Source: Alloascoidea hylecoeti
Taxonomy: Eukaryota
DNA: 64,000 bases
Assembly: GCA_001600815.1 (NCBI GenBank)
Contig: BCKZ01000009.1
Span: 398,194-462,193 of the forward strand
Reading direction: 5' to 3'
Position numbers and translations under genes: made by a program. The stretch's first letter is position 1. Every line of letters begins with the position of its first letter. The notes under the pieces are model-generated. The model saw nothing but the letters and a program-made list of their open reading frames with translations, did not search any database and was not told where the DNA came from. Below are positions 59,094-64,000 of this stretch, piece after piece.

Positions 59094-60602
59094 ATGCCTG
59101 AATTGCCTTCCATTCATTCGAAAAACGGTCTGGATGAAAATCTTCGCTCTCGTGTCATCACAGTCAACAAAACATCATCAACAGTATCACCACCTGCAAT
59201 ACAAAACTCAACAAATAGAAATCTGCGAAGTAACCATATTAATGTAAAAGGTTCAAAAAAAGATTCAGATATTAATGGGAATAGGGGAAGATCATATAAT
59301 CCGACTTTTCGAGACAAAAAGTTGCCATTGACTACAGAAGATTTGGATAATGATTTAGTAATGCTTGACCCACTTCAACTAGAAGATATAACAAAATCAG
59401 CTAATGAAAATCGACAAACTACATATAGTCCTTCGAACTTAAGAAATACCAGAGATAATACGGATTCATCATCCTCATACCAAACCCTTACTAAAAATTC
59501 TACTATAACCAATAGTGTTACAACTTTAATGATAATTGATACGAATTTCTTTCTTTCCCATCTGAATACTTTAGATAAACTCAGAGAGTTACATAATCAA
59601 TATGGGCATATTTTGGTTGTCCCGATGGTTGTGATATATGAACTAGACCATCTTAAAAAATCTACAAAGATAACAAAAAGTTACGATAAGAACGGTTCTG
59701 AAATAAGAGACTCACCATTATCACAGCTTGCATCACGGGCAAATGACTGGATATACAAATGTCTAGCAAACCTTGAACCTGGTATACGAGGACAAAAACT
59801 GGAGGAGGTTGTAAATCCCTCAATGAAAGGAGATGATTCTATACTAGATTGTATGAGATATTTCCAGAAAACCACCGGGGCTTTTGTTGTTCTCCTATCG
59901 AATGACAAGAATCTATGCTTGAAAGCGATGACACATAGCATGCCAGCTATTTCTTACAGACCTGGGATGACAGCGCTAGAAATCGCCTCCAAGACAAAAG
60001 AGGAATATATATTCAAGACAAAAGAACAAGAGCTAAATATGTCTTATTCTTCATCTACAAGGGAGCATATACATGAAACAACTTATGATAATAGTGAGTC
60101 AATGGATATGGAATTGGATGATACATATAGCGATTATGAGGACATTGAGGAGTCAACGATTACCCATGACATACCCGGGAATATGAAACTAGATGAGGCA
60201 TCTGATCGAATATACAGTGAAATTTTGGAAATGGCAGTTGAAGGTTTGGAGAAATGTTTGAAATCTGCTTACGGAGACGATGAAGACACATTAAGCTACT
60301 TTGGATTTAGAAGAAGCGAAGTATTTTCGATGTTGCAAGTTTCTGAAACGCTCATTCAATTTTGGCTTTCTGTGTTTTCAGAACATTTTCCTCCTCATGT
60401 TCCTAAGCCATTTACCATAATCCAACATGGAGGAAGTCGTAAAGAACATCCGGTTATGACGGATCTACCTCAAAATAAACCTGAGTTGGAAGAATTCATT
60501 AAATTCTGGTCTCCAATATTGCTTCAACTTCTTGGAGAAGGACGACGGGATGATGTTATCAGTGCCACGGAACAATGGAGACATATAGTTTCTCAGCTGT
60601 AA
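59094..60602 (+). CDS. SWT1: PIN-domain RNA endonuclease Swt1
   Basis: IIDTNFFLSHL, VPMVVIYELDHLK, ASRANDWI, GDDSILDC, VVLLSNDKNLCLKA and a helical C-terminal domain. The first ATG is at 59094. Confidence 0.88.
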   Translation: MPELPSIHSKNGLDENLRSRVITVNKTSSTVSPPAIQNSTNRNLRSNHINVKGSKKDSDINGNRGRSYNPTFRDKKLPLTTEDLDNDLVMLDPLQLEDITKSANENRQTTYSPSNLRNTRDNTDSSSSYQTLTKNSTITNSVTTLMIIDTNFFLSHLNTLDKLRELHNQYGHILVVPMVVIYELDHLKKSTKITKSYDKNGSEIRDSPLSQLASRANDWIYKCLANLEPGIRGQKLEEVVNPSMKGDDSILDCMRYFQKTTGAFVVLLSNDKNLCLKAMTHSMPAISYRPGMTALEIASKTKEEYIFKTKEQELNMSYSSSTREHIHETTYDNSESMDMELDDTYSDYEDIEESTITHDIPGNMKLDEASDRIYSEILEMAVEGLEKCLKSAYGDDEDTLSYFGFRRSEVFSMLQVSETLIQFWLSVFSEHFPPHVPKPFTIIQHGGSRKEHPVMTDLPQNKPELEEFIKFWSPILLQLLGEGRRDDVISATEQWRHIVSQL

Positions 60603-60881
60603 TACTGCAGCTGTATTGTAGCTATTGTGACTCTTTAATTCCTATACACAAAACTCTATATTTACTCAATTATAAATACATGGAGGTGAGGGGGCATAAA
60701 CGTTAATTATAAGCTTAGTTACGTAATTATGTAGAGGACGTTTAGTCAGTCGGATCAATGGATGCATGTCCAACTTGTGGGGGGTACTTCTACTTAATAA
60801 CTATAAATATTTTCATATATCCCGTTTTATTGTCGTTTGATAACACTTCTTCAATATATCTTTTCATGAACTAAATTATCA

Positions 60882-61820
60882 ATGTCTTATCAAGCTGGAA
60901 GGAACGATCTTTTTGACTGGTGCTTTAGAGGTACATCTCACTCTGGCCCAGGGCTCCGAAATCATGATCGATTATCAACTCTCTCGAATGACGTTTCTTT
61001 GAATATGTCAGAAGCAAATCTAGCAAAAATAAATGATAATAGCCTTCAAAATGAGAGTGATGGTGATAATACTTCTGTCTCCTCGCATAGTGGTGCATCA
61101 AGCCCAGCTGCAAGTGATGCCGCTACCGAATCAACCGAACTGGAAGACCTAGGAGACCATGTTATCGATTGCAACATTAGCTTCACTGCAGGTGTAGACT
61201 CTACAAACAAGGGAACACAAAATAAATATTGGCAACAATCTTCACATTCTAGATCGATGTCGCGAACAATAGGTGAGGAAGAAAACTCTCAGATGAGCAA
61301 TCTATACAATTATAACTACAGCTGGTTGCTAGACCGGTATTCAACTTATTATAAAGTTTTTGAAAGGGAAGAATTTTATACTGCGATGAGCCTTTATCTT
61401 GCAAACTCTGATGATCTTGAATTCATCAACTCAATGCACTCCTCGGTTGATGGGTTATGGGCAACCACATATACTGAGGATTCAATATACGAGCCAGAAA
61501 ATAAATGGATTGGAGAATTTTTCATATTTGTTGAGGTCACAAATAATATCTGGCATAGAATATTGAAAAGCGATGTCAGTCATGAATTTCATGAAAGAGC
61601 TACATGCAATTCTCGTAATAACCTGTACACTTATGATCTCGATCTGTTATGTTCAAAGTTAGAAGAGGAGCGCATTAGAAAGCTGAACAAGAGAATAGAG
61701 TGGAAAAGACAATATAATACAAAATCTAAAAATCAGGGAAAAGAACTTGATGTTAGATGGGTTTGTAGGAAACTGGACTTTGTCAAACGTGTTTGTGCTC
61801 CCTATGAAACTTATGATTAA
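60882..61820 (+). CDS. Hypothetical protein, 312 aa, no recognisable family
   Basis: A long ATG-started ORF in AT-rich DNA, with a TATA-like TATAAA about 80 bp upstream. Ser-rich N-half and an aromatic-rich, helical-looking C-half. Confidence 0.65.
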   Translation: MSYQAGRNDLFDWCFRGTSHSGPGLRNHDRLSTLSNDVSLNMSEANLAKINDNSLQNESDGDNTSVSSHSGASSPAASDAATESTELEDLGDHVIDCNISFTAGVDSTNKGTQNKYWQQSSHSRSMSRTIGEEENSQMSNLYNYNYSWLLDRYSTYYKVFEREEFYTAMSLYLANSDDLEFINSMHSSVDGLWATTYTEDSIYEPENKWIGEFFIFVEVTNNIWHRILKSDVSHEFHERATCNSRNNLYTYDLDLLCSKLEEERIRKLNKRIEWKRQYNTKSKNQGKELDVRWVCRKLDFVKRVCAPYETYD

Positions 61821-62236
61821 ACATTTGATTATGGCTAACTGGTATTGATCATATTCATTTCGCTCTGACGATATTTATTTATTTATTTATTATGATAACT
61901 TTTGTTTCTATTATGAAGTTAATCTTAGCTACAAAAGGCTTATTTATGAAAAATTTTAGTCATTTGAAATATTATTTGTTAATGTTTTTACGATTTTTGT
62001 TTTCCATTTTAATTTTTTTTTCGCAATTGGGTATTCCTTGCATTTGGTATAGATAAATAGTTGATTTAATAAAAACGTTTCCTGTCATTTATTTTTTAAT
62101 AGCTCATATATCCATGAGTCTAATTACATCACATAAATTAAGTAATATGGTATATCTATAATTATAAGTGTAGCAATTACAAAATAAACATTATTTAGCA
62201 TGATCTATCCGTTGAATATAAACTAAAGCCAAGATA

Positions 62237-64000
62237 TTAGCCACTCCATCGATTGTTTTTAACCCAATCTACCAATTCTTCTTCTGCCGTTTCCATCTTG
62301 GCGTGAAGTTGACTGACATATTTCCCAAAATTTTCAACTTTCTTATCGTGTTCTTCAACCAACGCTTGAATCTTATTCTCAAGGTCTTGCCTCATCTCAT
62401 CTGATCTCTTTTGAATTACACCCTCTACAAATTTCATTCTTTTAATTAAACTAAAAGAGATTGCATTAAGTCCTTGAAATACTTGATCATGAAATACATC
62501 TGGCTTTGACAAATTAGCCGGATCTTGAACATAATCATAATTAAGAATGCACTCTTTCCGTTTACCCAGAACCGTTGATTCATTTACCAATGTTTGCTCG
62601 TTGGTATCCACAGTTATTTTACTCTCATCTGTTTCATCCTTGTGACTTACTGTTGGTTTGCTTGGAGATTTTGTCGCTTGTAACTCATTTACGGCTTTTT
62701 TCGATTTTAATACTGCTTTATTAGATTCAGAGGGTATTGATTTTAATAGCTCATTTTCAGATTGATTAGTTTGGGTCAATATTTTTAATGGAGAATCTGC
62801 ACGTTCCAGAGAGATACCCGTTAAACCTTTTTCATTAGCGTTATTATCATTACTCGTAACTTTTTGATTAGCAAATTGAATTTTAGTAGAAGAAGAAACT
62901 GAATCCCGGTTGATTAGATTACTGCTTTTAGGACTAGTTTTCCTTCCTTCATCAATAAAGATGCCTGATACAGGATTTGAATTATTGTTAACCTTTCTTC
63001 CGTTGGCCCTTAAGTTTGAGGGATGTTTCGCCCCCTCTTGAATGCTATTTGATATCTTTGTCTTCTCCATTTCAGAATTTCTTTTATTTATGATTACCTC
63101 CACCTTATCCGTTTTATTATCTTTAGTAGGAAGAACATTAGTGGCCACTCTAGTCGCTGCTCTTATGGAGGGGGATATTCTATATTCATCGGCAGAATCA
63201 GAGGGGACAAAACGTGAATCTTGCCTCTCATGGTTTATTTCTGAGGAGTCAAGTGCCTGTGTTGTCTGCACTTTTACCTGCTCTTTTGTAGGAAGAGATT
63301 TACCAATTATCTTAACAACGATGGGTGATATTTTCTTAGTTTGTGATGGCGCTATTGTATCAATTGTAGGTGTAAGTTTCTCCAATCCTTTTGATAAAGC
63401 ATGCAACGGTTTTCTTCTTGGACGACCACGCTTTTTTGGAAGATCTGACAATTTTGTATTTGTAGAGTTTGAAGTTTTACTAGTGCTTTCGATTTGTGAT
63501 CCAATTCGGGGAATTCCCCTTAGCTTCTTGCCTTTTGCTGGTTTACGTACTCTTTTAGGGGACTTAACGTTTGGTATGGATGCCACAGGATTATCTGATA
63601 TAGTAGGGTTTGTGTTCAAATTTGGTGAAGATGAATCATCAAATTCCCAAAAATCTATAGTTTCATTACTTGTATTAGTATTTCTACCTCCTTTAGAATC
63701 CACATTTTTATGATCCTTATGTATTGTAGTGTTTGAAGTTTTTGTTTTTCTAGATATTGTTTTTTTACCGTTATATTTTTTCCCAGAGTCTGCAAGATTG
63801 TTCTGCTTCTGTGTTGGAATCGACAGAATTGTAGTCAAACGCTTATAGGTATGAACTGCCTTTTTTTCATATGAATCTTCTTTCTGTTGTTGAACCATAG
63901 TATCTTTTGACACATTAATACTAGTATCCTTTTTCAAACTAATGCTATTTTTTTCTCCAATTTTTGTAAGATTTCTTGCAATATCCGCCAATTGTGAAAT
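62237..64000 (-). CDS. Probable meiotic chromosome-axis core protein (Red1/SYCP2/Rec10 type), 5'-truncated by the window edge
   Basis: The frame is open to the window end. A long Lys/Ser/Thr-rich disordered region contains an AT-hook (KKRGRPRRK). The C-terminal coiled coil HDQVFQGLNAISFSLIKRM...EEELVDWVKNNRW resembles the Red1 C-terminus as I recall it (QEQIFSSITYFSNELLRKI...EDQLVHAIRTRKF). Confidence 0.6.
   Translation of the reverse strand: MSQLADIARNLTKIGEKNSISLKKDTSINVSKDTMVQQQKEDSYEKKAVHTYKRLTTILSIPTQKQNNLADSGKKYNGKKTISRKTKTSNTTIHKDHKNVDSKGGRNTNTSNETIDFWEFDDSSSPNLNTNPTISDNPVASIPNVKSPKRVRKPAKGKKLRGIPRIGSQIESTSKTSNSTNTKLSDLPKKRGRPRRKPLHALSKGLEKLTPTIDTIAPSQTKKISPIVVKIIGKSLPTKEQVKVQTTQALDSSEINHERQDSRFVPSDSADEYRISPSIRAATRVATNVLPTKDNKTDKVEVIINKRNSEMEKTKISNSIQEGAKHPSNLRANGRKVNNNSNPVSGIFIDEGRKTSPKSSNLINRDSVSSSTKIQFANQKVTSNDNNANEKGLTGISLERADSPLKILTQTNQSENELLKSIPSESNKAVLKSKKAVNELQATKSPSKPTVSHKDETDESKITVDTNEQTLVNESTVLGKRKECILNYDYVQDPANLSKPDVFHDQVFQGLNAISFSLIKRMKFVEGVIQKRSDEMRQDLENKIQALVEEHDKKVENFGKYVSQLHAKMETAEEELVDWVKNNRWSG

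Noticed and set aside
861..63713. Many short ORFs antisense to or overlapping real genes (e.g. 861-1157, 9958-10410, 10182-10658, 30328-30723, 56421-56858, 63042-63713)
   Set aside because: They are shadow frames of codon-biased genes, many start at non-ATG codons, and none carries a recognisable motif.

Overview
This is eukaryotic nuclear DNA from an AT-rich, moderately intron-rich budding yeast. It looks like early-diverging Saccharomycotina, and CTG reads as Leu at conserved positions of BUD20 and SEC53, so it is not the CTG-Ser clade. I find 26 protein-coding genes, ten of them spliced and therefore missed or mis-started by the ORF track: OTU1, BUD20, RPL10, SEC53, FMP32-like, FMP25, an HTH/CENP-B-type protein, a SCW4/MP65-type GH17 glucanase, SEC12, a class III (SIRT5/CobB-type) sirtuin, MSP1, a GH3-PA14 beta-glucosidase, RPS13, MUP1, ACE2, PDC, RPL37, OM14, a MedA-like domain protein, MIOX, PRC1, RPS28, RPL34, SWT1, an orphan ORF and the 3' part of a probable RED1. 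There is also one tRNA-Asn(GTT). The long intergenic stretches hold transposon fossils: two homologous copies of an impala-like Tc1 element, a probable Crypton remnant and decayed CENP-B-HTH remnants. They also hold a three-member foldback repeat family, one member of which has a perfect 73-bp inverted repeat. The most interesting observations are an A17 homopolymer inside ACE2 just upstream of its zinc fingers (a possible phase-variation switch), the foldback family, intron-bridging stems in three long ribosomal-protein introns, and a mixed Tbf1/Cbf1/Homol-D promoter code at ribosomal-protein genes. All homology calls were made by eye from remembered family motifs; no searches were run.
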